Part shown: positions 42,591-54,931 of the stretch, in pieces
Numbering within the stretch: the stretch's first letter is position 1
How the letters are laid out: each line of letters opens with the position of its first letter
DNA from: Squalus acanthias
Lineage: Eukaryota
Direction of reading: 5' to 3'
DNA: 64,000 nucleotides
NCBI GenBank assembly: GCA_030390025.1
Contig: JASTWF010000354.1
Coordinates: forward strand, 1-64,000
The notes under the pieces: model-generated
What the model was told of the DNA's origin: nothing
Database searches by the model: none
What the model saw: the letters and a program-made list of their open reading frames with translations, nothing else
Program-made: the position numbers and the translations under genes

Positions 42591-45093
42591 ACACAGCCCC
42601 CTATACAAAGCACATCATCTCCTATACAATGCACACAGCCGTTCTATAAAATGCAGACAACCCCTATACAATGCACACAACCTGCTATACAATGCACACA
42701 TCCTCCTATACAATGCACACATCCTCCTATACAATGCACACAGCCTCCTATACAATGCACACATCCCCCTATACAATGCACACAGCCTCCTATATAATGC
42801 ACACAGCCTCCTATACAATGCACACAGCCTCCTATACAATGCACACATCCTCCTCTGCAATGCACACAGCCTCATATACAATGCACACATCCTGCTATAC
42901 AATGCACACAGCCTCCTATACAATGCATACATCCCCCTATACAATGCACACATCCCCCTATACAATGCACACAGCCTCCTATACAATTCACACATCCCCT
43001 ATACAAGGCACATATCCTTCTATACAACGCACACATTCTCCTATACAATGCACACATCCTCCTATACAATGCACACATCCTCCTATACAATGCATAGAGC
43101 CACTATACAATGCACACATCCTCCTATACAATACACACATCCTCCTATACAATGCACACACCCTCCTATACAATCCATGCAGCCGCTATACAATGCACAC
43201 AGCCCCCTATATAATGCCTACATCCTCCTATACAATGCACACTGCCTCCGATTCAATGCACACACTCCTATGCAATGCACACAGCACCCTATAGAATGCA
43301 CATCTCCCATTACAATGCAAACAGCATTCTATACAATGCACACATCCCCATGTACAATACACACAGCCTCCTGTAGAATGCACACAGCCCCCTATACAAT
43401 GCATACATCCCGCTATGAAATACACACAGCTGTTCTATACAATGCACATATCCCCCTATACAATGCACACATTCTCCTATACAATGCGCACAAGTCTCCT
43501 ATACAATGCAAACATCCTCCTATACAATGCACGCATCCTTCTATACAATGCACACAGCCTCCTATACAATGCACACAGCCCCCTATACAAAGCACACATC
43601 CCCCTATACAATGCACACATCCCTCTATACAATGCACACAGCCTCCTATACAATGCACACAGCCCCCTATACAATGAACACAGCCCCCTATACAAAGCAC
43701 ACATCCTCCTATAGAATGCACACATCCTCCTATACAATGCATACAACCGCTATACAATGCCAACATCCTCCTATACACTGCACATATCCTCCTATACAAT
43801 GCACACATCCCCCTATACAATGCACATATCTCCCATTACAATGCACACAGCCTTCTATACAATGCACACATCCCCCCTCTACAGTACACACAGCCCCCTA
43901 TACATTGCACACATCCCCCGATGAAATACACACAGCCCTTCTATACAATGCACACAGCCCATCTATACAATGCACAGATCCCCCTATACAATGCACACAG
44001 CCTCCTATACAATGCACACATCCCCCTATATAATGCACACATCCTCCTATACAATGCACAGAGCCTGCTATACAATGCACGCAGCCCCCTATACAATGCA
44101 CACAGCCCCCTATACAATGCACACATCCTCCTATACAATGCACACATCCCCCTATACAATGCACACGTCCTCCTATACAATGCACAGAGCCTACTATACA
44201 ATGCACACAGCCCCCTATACAATGCACACAGCCTCCTATACAATGCACACAACCTCATATACAATGCACACATCCTCCTGTACAATGCACACATCCTCCT
44301 ATACAATGCACACATCCTCCTACACAATGCACGCAGCCTCCTATACAATGCACACATCCCCCTATACATTGCACACAGCCTCCTATACAATGCACACAGC
44401 CCCCTATGCAATGCACACAGCCCTTCTATAAAATGCACACATCCCCTATACAATGTTCACCGCCCCCTATACAATGCACCCATCCCCCTATACAATGCAC
44501 ACATCCCCCTATACAATGCACTCACCACCTATACAATGCACACAGATCCTATACAATGCACACATCCCCTATACAATACGCAGAGCCTCCTGTACAATGC
44601 ACAAAGCCTCCTATACAATGCACACAGCCTCCTATTCAATGCACACATCCCCCTATACAATGCACACATCCTCCTATACAATGCACACATCCCCTATACA
44701 ATGCACACATCCTCCTATACAATGCCATTAACCCTCTTATTCAATACATACAGCCCCCGTAACAAGGCACACATCATCCTTTGCAATGCAAACTTCCCCT
44801 ATACAATGCACACAACCTCCTATACAATGCACCCCCCTATACAATGCACACATTCCCCAATAGAATGCACAAATCCTCCTATACAATGACATTAACCCTC
44901 TTATACAATGCACACAGCCCCCTTTACAATGGGCACAGCCTCCTTTACAATGCAGACAGCCTCCAATACAATGCACACATCCTCCTATACAATGCACACA
45001 TCCCCCTATACAATACACATTTCCTCCAATACAATGAACAAAGCCTCCTAAACAATGCACACATCATCCTATACAATGCACAGAGCCTACTAT

Positions 45094-46095
45094 ACAATTT
45101 ACATTAATGACCTGGATCAGGGAGTCGGATGCAGCATTTCCAAATTTGCAGACGACACTAAACTAGGAGGTGGGGTGGGCTCAGAGGAGGAGACCAGGAA
45201 GCTCCAGAGCGATTTGGACAGACTGGGTGATTGGGCGGATAAATGGCAGATGCACTATAATGTGGACAAGTGCGAAGTTATCCACCTTGGGTGCAGGAAC
45301 GGGAGGGCAAATTATTATTTAAATGGCAATAAATTGGGAGAGGGGGAAGTACAGAGAGACCTGGGTGTTCTTGTACACCAGTCACTGAAGGCGAGCATGC
45401 AGGTGCAACAGGCGGTCAAGAAGGCAAACGGTATGCTGGCCTTCATAGCAAAAGGGTTGGAATACAGGAACAGGGATACCTTGCTGCAGCTGTACAGGGC
45501 ACTGGTGAGACGACACCGCGAGTACTGTGTACAGTTTTGGTCGCCTCATCTGAGGAAAGATGTTCTTGCCATGGAGGGGGTGCAGCGGCGATTCACCAGG
45601 CTGATACCAGGAATGGCGGGATTGACCTATGAGGAGAGACTATGTAGTTTAGGGATGTACACACTGGAGTTTAGAAGATTGAGAGGGGACCTCATAGAAG
45701 TGTATAAAATTCTGACAGGTCTAGACAGACTAGATGCAGAAGGAATGTTTCCCTTGGCGGGTGAGAACAGAACTAGAGGACATAATTTAAGGATAAGGGC
45801 TAAACCATTTAGGACAGAAATGAGGGGGAATTTCTTCACTCAGAGGGTGGTGAACCTGTGGAACTCATTGCCACAGAGGGCAGTGTACGCCAGCTCATTA
45901 AATATATTTAAGAGGGAATTAGATATATTTCTACAGGCAAAAGGGGTTAAGGGTTACGGAGAGAAGGCGGGGACGGGATACTGAATTGGAGGATCAGCCA
46001 TGATCTCATTAAATGGCGGAGCTGGCTCGAAGGGCCGGATGGCCTACTCCTGCTCCTATCTTCTATGTATCTATGTATCTATCTATGTATCTATG
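45094..46095 (+). mobile_element. CR1 LINE family B, 5'-truncated (~1.0 kb), copy 1
   Basis: TIYINDL..KFADDTKLGG..YCVQFWSP to stop at 45984; 3' UTR GGATCAGCCATGATC..GGCCGGATGGCCTACTCCTGCTCC; (CTATGTAT)n tail. Confidence 0.97.
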
Positions 46096-48839
46096 TACAA
46101 TGCACACATCCCGTATACAATGCAAACATCCTCCTATACAATGCACACATCCGCTATGCAACGCACACATCCTCCTATACAATGCACACATCCTCCTATA
46201 CAATGCACACATTCCCCTATAGAATGCACAAATCCTCCTTTACAATGACATTAACCCTCTTATACAATGCAGACAGACGCCAATACAATGCACACATCCC
46301 CCTATACAATGCACATTTCCTCCAATACAATGCACACAGCCTCCTAAACAATGCACACATCTTCCTATACAATGCACACATCCCTTATACCATGCACACA
46401 TCCTCCTATACAATGCACATAGCTCACTTTACAATGCAAACTTCCCCCTAAACAATGCACACATCCCCTATACAATGCACACATCCTCCTATACAATTCA
46501 CACATCCCGTATACAAGGCACATATCCTTCTATACAACGCACACATTCTCCTATACAATGCACACATCCTCCTATACAATGCACACATCCACCTATACAA
46601 TGCACAGAGCCACTATACAATGCACACATCCTCCTATACAATGCACACAGCCTCCTATACAATGCACACATCCCCCTATACAATGCACACATCCCCCTAT
46701 ACAATGCACACAGCCTCGTTTACAAGGCACACATCCCCCTATACAATGCACACATCCCCCTATACAATGCACACAGCCACATATACAATGCACACATCCC
46801 CCTATACAATGCACACAGCCACATATACAATGCACACATCTACCTCTACAATGCACACTGCTCCCTATACAAGGCACACATCCCCCTATACAATGCACAC
46901 ATCCCCCTATACAATGCACACAGCCCTTTTAGACAATACACACGGCCCCCAATACAATGCACACATCCTCCTATACAATACACACAGCCCCCTATACAAT
47001 GCACACATCCCCCTATACAATGCACACATCACCCTGTACAATGCACACGGCCTATTAAACAATGCACACAACCCCTATACAATGCACAGAGCCTCCTATA
47101 CAATGCACACATCCCCATGTACAATACACACAGCCTCCTGTAGAATGCACACAGCCCCCTATACAATGCATACATCCCGCTATGAAATACACACAGCTGT
47201 TCTATACAATGCACATATCCCCCTATACAATGCACACATTCTCCTATACAATGCGCACAAGTCTCCTATACAATGCAAACATCCTCCTATACAATGCACG
47301 CATCCTTCTATACAATGCACACAGCCTCCTATACAATGCACACAGCCCCCTATACAAAGCACACATCCCCCTATACAATGCACACATCCCTCTATACAAT
47401 GCACACAGCCTCCTATACAATGCACACAGCCCCCTATACAATGAACACAGCCCCCTATACAAAGCACACATCCTCCTATAGAATGCACACATCCTCCTAT
47501 ACAATGCATACAACCGCTATACAATGCCAACATCCTCCTATACACTGCACATATCCTCCTATACAATGCACACATCCCCCTATACAATGCACATATCTCC
47601 CATTACAATGCACACAGCCTTCTATACAATGCACACATCCCCCCTCTACAGTACACACAGCCCCCTATACATTGCACACATCCCCCGATGAAATACACAC
47701 AGCCCTTCTATACAATGCACACAGCCCATCTATACAATGCACAGATCCCCCTATACAATGCACACAGCCTCCTATACAATGCACACATCCCCCTATATAA
47801 TGCACACATCCTCCTATACAATGCACAGAGCCTGCTATACAATGCACGCAGCCCCCTATACAATGCACACAGCCTCCTATACAATGCACACATCCTCCTA
47901 TACAATGCACACATCCCCCTATACAATGCACACGTCCTCCTATACAATGCACAGAGCCTACTATACAATGCACACAGCCCCCTATACAATGCACACAACC
48001 TCATATACAATGCACACATCCTCCTGTACAATGCACACATCCTCCTATACAATGCACACATCCTCCTACACAATGCACACAGCCTCCTATACAATGCACA
48101 CATCCCCCTATACATTGCACACAGCCTCCTATACAATGCACACAGCCCCCTATGCAATGCACACAGCCCTTCTATAAAATGCACACATCCCCTATACAAT
48201 GTTCACCGCCCCCTATACAATGCACCCATCCCCCTATACAATGCACACATCCCCCTATACAATGCACTCACCACCTATACAATGCACACAGATCCTATAC
48301 AATGCACACATCCCCTATACAATACGCAGAGCCTCCTGTACAATGCACAAAGCCTCCTATACAATGCACACAGCCTCCTATTCAATGCACACATCCCCCT
48401 ATACAATGCACACATCCTCCTATACAATGCACACATCCCCTATACAATGCACACATCCTCCTATACAATGCCATTAACCCTCTTATTCAATACATACAGC
48501 CCCCGTAACAAGGCACACATCATCCTTTGCAATGCAAACTTCCCCTATACAATGCACACAACCTCCTATACAATGCACCCCCCTATACAATGCACACATT
48601 CCCCAATAGAATGCACAAATCCTCCTATACAATGACATTAACCCTCTTATACAATGCACACAGCCCCCTTTACAATGGGCACAGCCTCCTTTACAATGCA
48701 GACAGCCTCCAATACAATGCACACATCCTCCTATACAATGCACACATCCCCCTATACAATACACATTTCCTCCAATACAATGAACAAAGCCTCCTAAACA
48801 ATGCACACATCATCCTATACAATGCACAGAGCCTACTAT

Positions 48840-49841
48840 ACAATTTACATTAATGACCTGGATCAGGGAGTCGGATGCAGCATTTCCAAATTTGCAGACG
48901 ACACTAAACTAGGAGGGGGGGTGGGCTCAGAGGAGGAGACCAGGAAGCTCCAGAGCGATTTGGACAGACTGGGTGATTGGGCGGATAAATGGCAGATGCA
49001 CTATAATGTGGACAAGTGCGAAGTTATCCACCTTGGGTGCAGGAACGGGAGGGCAAATTATTATTTAAATGGCAATAAATTGGGAGAGGGGGAAGTACAG
49101 AGAGACCTGGGTGTTCTTGTACACCAGTCACTGAAGGCGAGCATGCAGGTGCAACAGGCGGTCAAGAAGGCAAACGGTATGCTGGCCTTCATAGCAAAAG
49201 GGTTGGAATACAGGAACAGGGATACCTTGCTGCAGCTGTACAGGGCACTGGTGAGACCACACCGCGAGTACTGTGTACAGTTTTGGTCGCCTCATCTGAG
49301 GAAAGATGTTCTTGCCATGGAGGGGGTGCAGCGGCGATTCACCAGGCTGATACCAGGAATGGCGGGATTGACCTATGAGGAGAGACTATGTAGTTTAGGG
49401 ATGTACACACTGGAGTTTAGAAGATTGAGAGGGGACCTCATAGAAGTGTATAAAATTCTGACAGGTCTAGACAGACTAGATGCAGAAGGAATGTTTCCCT
49501 TGGCGGGTGAGAACAGAACTAGAGGACATAATTTAAGGATAAGGGCTAAACCATTTAGGACAGAAATGAGGGGGAATTTCTTCACTCAGAGGGTGGTGAA
49601 CCTGTGGAACTCATTGCCACAGAGGGCAGTGTACGCCAGCTCATTAAATATATTTAAGAGGGAATTAGATATATTTCTACAGGCAAAAGGGGTTAAGGGT
49701 TACGGAGAGAAGGCGGGGACGGGATACTGAATTGGAGGATCAGCCATGATCTCATTAAATGGCGGAGCAGGCTCGAAGGGCCGGATGGCCTACTCCTGCT
49801 CCTATCTTCTATGTATCTATGTATCTATCTATGTATCTATG
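48840..49841 (+). mobile_element. CR1 LINE family B, copy 2 (tandem duplicate)
   Basis: Same junctions as copy 1, offset 3746 bp, a few substitutions. Confidence 0.97.
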
Positions 49842-51125
49842 TACAATGCACACATCCCGTATACAATGCAAACATCCTCCTATACAATGCACACATCCGC
49901 TATGCAACGCACACATCCTCCTATACAATGCACACATCCTCCTATACAATGCACACATTCCCCTATAGAATGCACAAATCCTCCTTTACAATGACATTAA
50001 CCCTCTTATACAATGCAGACAGACGCCAATACAATGCACACATCCCCCTATACAATGCACATTTCCTCCAATACAATGCACACAGCCTCCTAAACAATGC
50101 ACACATCTTCCTATACAATGCACACATCCCTTATACCATGCACACATCCTCCTATACAATGCACATAGCTCACTTTACAATGCAAACTTCCCCCTAAACA
50201 ATGCACACATCCCCTATACAATGCACACATCCTCCTATACAATTCACACATCCCGTATACAAGGCACATATCCTTCTATACAACGCACACATTCTCCTAT
50301 ACAATGCACACATCCTCCTATACAATGCACACATCCACCTATACAATGCACAGAGCCACTATACAATGCACACATCCTCCTATACAATGCACACAGCCTC
50401 CTATACAATGCACACATCCCCCTATACAATGCACACAGCCTCGTTTACAAGGCACACATCCCCCTATACAATGCACACATCCCCCTATACAATGCACACA
50501 GCCACATATACAATGCACACACCCCCCTATACAATGCACACAGCCACATATACAATGCACACATCTACCTCTACAATGCACACTGCTCCCTATACAAGGC
50601 ACACATCCCCCTATACAATGCACACATCCCCCTATACAATGCACACAGCCCTTTTAGACAATACACACGGCCCCCAATACAATGCACACATCCTCCTATA
50701 CAATACACACAGCCCCCTATACAATGCACACATCCCCCTATACAATGCACACATCACCCTGTACAATGCACACGGCCTATTAAACAATGCACACAACCCC
50801 TATACAATGCACAGAGCCTCCTATACAATGCACACAGACCCCTATACAATGCACACAGCCACCTATACAGTGCACACACCCGTATATAATGCACACAGCC
50901 TCCTATACAATGCACACATCCCCCTATACAATGCACACATTGCCCTATACAATGCACACAGCCTCCAATACAATGCACACAGCCTCCTATACAATGCACA
51001 CATCCCCCTATACAATGCACACATCCCCCTATACATAGATACATTAGAAGATAGGAGCAGGAGTAGGCCATCCGGCCCTTCGAGCCTGCTCCGCCATTTA
51101 ATGAGATCATGGCTGATCCTCCAAT

Positions 51126-54092
51126 TCAGTATCCCGTCCCCGCCTTCTCTCCGTAACCCTTAACCCCTTTTGCCTGTAGAAATATATCTAATTCCCTCTT
51201 AAATATATTTAATGAGCTGGCGTACACTGCCCTCTGTGGCAATGAGTTCCACAGGTTCACCACCCTCTGAGTGAAGAAATTCCCCCTCATTTCTGTCCTA
51301 AATGGTTTAGCCCTTATCCTTAAATTATGTCCTCTAGTTCTGTTCTCACCCGCCAAGGGAAACATTCCTTCTGCATCTAGTCTGTCTAGACCTGTCAGAA
51401 TTTTATACACTTCTATGAGGTCCCCTCTCAATCTTCTAAACTCCAGTGTGTACATCCCTAAACTACATAGTCTCTCCTCATAGGTCAATCCCGCCATTCC
51501 TGGTATCAGCCTGGTGAATCGCCGCTGCACCCCCTCCATGGCAAGAACATCTTTCCTCAGATGAGGCGACCAAAACTGTACACAGTACTCGAGGTGTGGT
51601 CTCACCAGTGCCCTGTACAGCTGCAGCAAGGTATCCCTGTTCCTGTATTCCAACCCTTTTGCTATGAAGGCCAGCATACCGTTTGCCTTCTTGACCGCCT
51701 GTTGCACCTGCATGCTCGCCTTCAGTGACTGGTGTACAAGAACACCCAGGTCTCTCTGTACTTCCCCCTCTCCCAATTTATTGCCATTTAAATAATAATT
51801 TGCCCTCCCGTTCCTGCACCCAAGGTGGATAACTTCGCACTTGTCCACATTATAGTGCATCTGCCATTTATCCGCCCAATCACCCAGTCTGTCCAAATCG
51901 CTCTGGAGCTTCCTGGTCTCCTCCTCTGAGCCCACCCCCCCTCCTAGTTTAGTGTCGTCTGCAAATTTGGAAATGCTGCATCCGACTCCCTGATCCAGGT
52001 CATTAATGTAAATTGTGAACAGCTGGGGACCCAGGACAGATCCCTGCGGTACCCCACTTGTTACTGCCTGCCATTCAGAAAATGAGCCGTTTATTCCAAC
52101 TCTCTGTTTTCTATCTGACAGCCAGTCCTCTATCCACGTCAATACTTTCCCCTTTATCCCATGAGCTTCAATTTTCCATGCTAATCTTTTATGTGGGACC
52201 TTGTCGAAGGCCTTTTGGAAGTCCAGGTACACCACATCTACTGGCTCTCCCCCATCTATTTTACCAGTTACTCCCTCAAAAAATTCCAATAGATTAGTCA
52301 AGCACGATTTACCCTTTGTAAATCCATGTTGACTCTGTCCTATCCTGTCCCCATTTGCTAAGTGCTCCGCTATTTCATCCTTAATGATGGACTCCAGCAT
52401 TTTGCCCACAACTGATGTAAGGCTTACAGGTCTGTAATTACCTGCTTTTTCCCTACCCCCCTTTTTGAATAGTGGGGTAACGTTAGCTACCCTCCAATCC
52501 ATGGGCACTGTTCCCGAGTCTAATGAATTCTGAAAAATCATACTTAGTGCATCCGCTATCTCTAGGGCCACCTCCTTCAGTACCCTAGGATGCATGTTAT
52601 CAGGCCCTGGGGATTTGTCCGCCTTCAATCCCTTTAGCTTCCTTAACACCATATCCTTAGAGATATTGATTTGCGTCAGTTCCTCCTTTGCCAATGTCCC
52701 TATTTTTCCCGATATCCCAGGGAGGTTTTTTGTGTCTTCCTTCGTAAAGACTGACCCAAAGTATGCATTTAGTTGGTCTGCCATTTCCTTATTTCCCGTT
52801 ATATATTCCCCCGTATCTGACTGCAATGGACCAACTTTGGTTTTCACCAGTCTTTTCCTCTTGATATACTTATAAAAGCTTTTGGAGTTAGTTTTTATAT
52901 TTTCCGCCAGCTTGCTTTCGTAAGCTATTTTGCCCCTCTTGATTAAGCCCTTTGTCCTCCTTTGCTCTATCTTAAACTGTTCCCAATCTTCCGCTCTGGC
53001 GCTTTTTTTGGCTATTTTATACGCCCTATCTTTGGATTTTATGCTGTCTCTAATTTCCCCTGTTATCCACGGTTGAGTCACCTTTTTAGATTTCCTTTTA
53101 TGCCAGATTGGTATAAACAACTTTTGCAATTTTGTCATTCTATCTTTAAATGCTTGCCATTGTTTATCTACCTCCAGTCCTCCCAGGAACGTTGTCCAAT
53201 CAGACCTACTCAGTTCCCGTCTAATGGCATCATAATTCCCCTTGTTTAAATTCAGGACCTTAGTCTCTGAGTCAATTTCTTCGCTCTCCATTTCGAGTGA
53301 GAAATCGATCATGTTATGATCGCTCTGACCCAAGGGTCCCCGTACAACAAGATTACTAATTAGTCCCTTCTCATTGCACAGTACCCAGTCCAATATAGCC
53401 TGTTCCCGAGTTGGTTCCTCGACATATTGATCCAGATAACCATCCCTTAAACACTCAAGGAATTCCTCCTCCTCATTATTTTTACTGATTAGGCTAGTCC
53501 AATCTATATGTAAGTTAAAGTCACCTATGATGACAGCTGTGCTCTTACTGCACGCTTCTCTAATTTCCCTCGTGATGCCCTCCCCAACCTCTATTTTACT
53601 ATTTGGAGGCCTATATACCACTCCTATTAATGTTTTTCGCCCCTCGCTATTTCTTAGCTCCACCCATATAGATTCTGTATTAACTGAGTTAATATCCTTC
53701 CTTTCAATTGCATTTATCCCCTCTTTTACCAGCAATGCTACCCCTCCTCCCTTTCTTTTTTGTCGATCCTTCCTAAATACTGAATACCCCTGTATGTTAA
53801 GCTCCCAGCCCTGCTCACCCTGGAACCATGTTTCCGTAATCCCAATTAGATCATAATTATTAACCTCTATTTCCACAGCTAATTCATCTACCTTGTTCCT
53901 GATGCTTCTCGCATTAAGGTATAAAACCCTCAGGCTTTTTTTATGCTCACATTTTTTATGAATTAGTTTGGCCCTTTGTTTTTTGTTCCTCACCCTTTTA
54001 CCATTTATTTCTGTCTGCCTTTCACTTTCCTCTATTTCACTACATAGGTTTCTAGCCCCCTGCCATACTAGTTTAAATGCTCCCGAACTGCT
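51126..54092 (-). CDS. CR1 ORF2: APE endonuclease + reverse transcriptase, uninterrupted; start codon undefined
   Basis: APE motifs LNARS, ITETW, GGGVALLV, GDFN, SDH. RT motifs KSPGPD, NYRPVSLTS, QHGF, LDFQKAFDKV, GVPQGSVLGP, FADD. Frame is open from 54092; the track start at 53993 is GTG. Confidence 0.96.
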   Translation of the reverse strand, partial: SSSGAFKLVWQGARNLCSEIEESERQTEINGKRVRNKKQRAKLIHKKCEHKKSLRVLYLNARSIRNKVDELAVEIEVNNYDLIGITETWFQGEQGWELNIQGYSVFRKDRQKRKGGGVALLVKEGINAIERKDINSVNTESIWVELRNSEGRKTLIGVVYRPPNSKIEVGEGITREIREACSKSTAVIIGDFNLHIDWTSLISKNNEEEEFLECLRDGYLDQYVEEPTREQAILDWVLCNEKGLISNLVVRGPLGQSDHNMIDFSLEMESEEIDSETKVLNLNKGNYDAIRRELSRSDWTTFLGGLEVDKQWQAFKDRMTKLQKLFIPIWHKRKSKKVTQPWITGEIRDSIKSKDRAYKIAKKSARAEDWEQFKIEQRRTKGLIKRGKIAYESKLAENIKTNSKSFYKYIKRKRLVKTKVGPLQSDTGEYITGNKEMADQLNAYFGSVFTKEDTKNLPGISGKIGTLAKEELTQINISKDMVLRKLKGLKADKSPGPDNMHPRVLKEVALEIADALSMIFQNSLDSGTVPMDWRVANVTPLFKKGGREKAGNYRPVSLTSVVGKMLESIIKDEIAEHLANGDRIGQSQHGFTKGKSCLTNLLEFFEGVTGKIDGGEPVDVVYLDFQKAFDKVPHKRLAWKIEAHGIKGKVLTWIEDWLSDRKQRVGINGSFSEWQAVTSGVPQGSVLGPQLFTIYINDLDQGVGCSISKFADDTKLGGGVGSEEETRKLQSDLDRLGDWADKWQMHYNVDKCEVIHLGCRNGRANYYLNGNKLGEGEVQRDLGVLVHQSLKASMQVQQAVKKANGMLAFIAKGLEYRNRDTLLQLYRALVRPHLEYCVQFWSPHLRKDVLAMEGVQRRFTRLIPGMAGLTYEERLCSLGMYTLEFRRLRGDLIEVYKILTGLDRLDAEGMFPLAGENRTRGHNLRIRAKPFRTEMRGNFFTQRVVNLWNSLPQRAVYASSLNIFKRELDIFLQAKGVKGYGEKAGTGY

Positions 54093-54931
54093 TTATCAAA
54101 AATTACCCCGAGAACATCAGTTCCATCTTTGCACAGGTGTAGACCGTCCCTTTTGTATAGGTCACACCTAACACAAAACTGGTTCCAATGCCTCAAAAAT
54201 TTAAAACCCTCCCTCTTACACCACTGCTCAAGCCACGTATTTAGCCTAACTATCCTGTTCTCTGTACTCTTACTAGCACGTGGCACTGGTAGTAATCCAG
54301 AGATTACTACCTTCGAGGTCCTACTTTTTAGCTTGGCTCCTAACTCCCTAAATTCTACTTGTAGGACCTCTTCCCTTTTTTTAGCTACGTCGTTGGTACC
54401 AACATGTATCACGACAACTGGCTGTTCCCCCTCCCCCTCCAGAATGTTCTGCACCCGCGCCGAGACATCCTTGACCCTTGCACCAGGGAGGCAACATACC
54501 ATCCTGGAGTCTCGGTCGCGACCACAGAAACCCCTATCTATTCCCCTTACAATTGAATCCCCTATTACTATAGCCCTGCCACTCTTTTTCCCTCCCTTCT
54601 TTGCAACAGAGCCAGTCATGGTGCCATGAGCCTGGCTGCTGGTGCCTTCCCCCGATGAGTCATCCCCCCGACAACAGCACCTAAGGCGGTGAACCTGTTG
54701 CTAAGGGAGACAACCCCAGGGGATTTCTGCACTACCTTCCTGCCCTTGCTCTGCCTTTTGGTCACCCATGTACTATCTACGCTGGCCTTAACCTGCGGTG
54801 TGACCAACTCACTAAATGTGCTAACCACAACCCTCTCAGAATCGTGGATGCTCCAAAGTGAGTCCATCCGCAGCTCAAGGGCCGTCATGCGGTCCCACAT
54901 GAGCTGCAGCTGGACACACTTCCCGCACACA
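54068..54931 (-). pseudogene. CR1 ORF1 (partial zinc finger/coiled coil + SGNH esterase domain), 5'-truncated, 1-nt frameshift at 54664-54669
   Basis: CGKC..L..R...LE, LSNRF.AL, then GDS (IVIGDSIVRG), CLPGARV, HVGTND and DGLHL motifs. The two halves join if the G6 run were G7. Confidence 0.9.

Larger units (their letters stand above)
43328..50835. repeat. Higher-order repeat: two ~3.75-kb units (satellite + CR1-B fragment)
   Basis: Offsets of 3767 (43413/47180) and 3746 (44406/48152) differ by one 21-bp monomer; ends approximate. Confidence 0.9.
51031..54931 (-). mobile_element. CR1 LINE family B, long copy (~3.9 kb), 5'-truncated inside ORF1
   Basis: Partial ORF1, complete ORF2, 3' UTR and short CTAATGTATCTATGTAT tail. 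The 5' junction shares GCACAC with the satellite. Confidence 0.98.
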
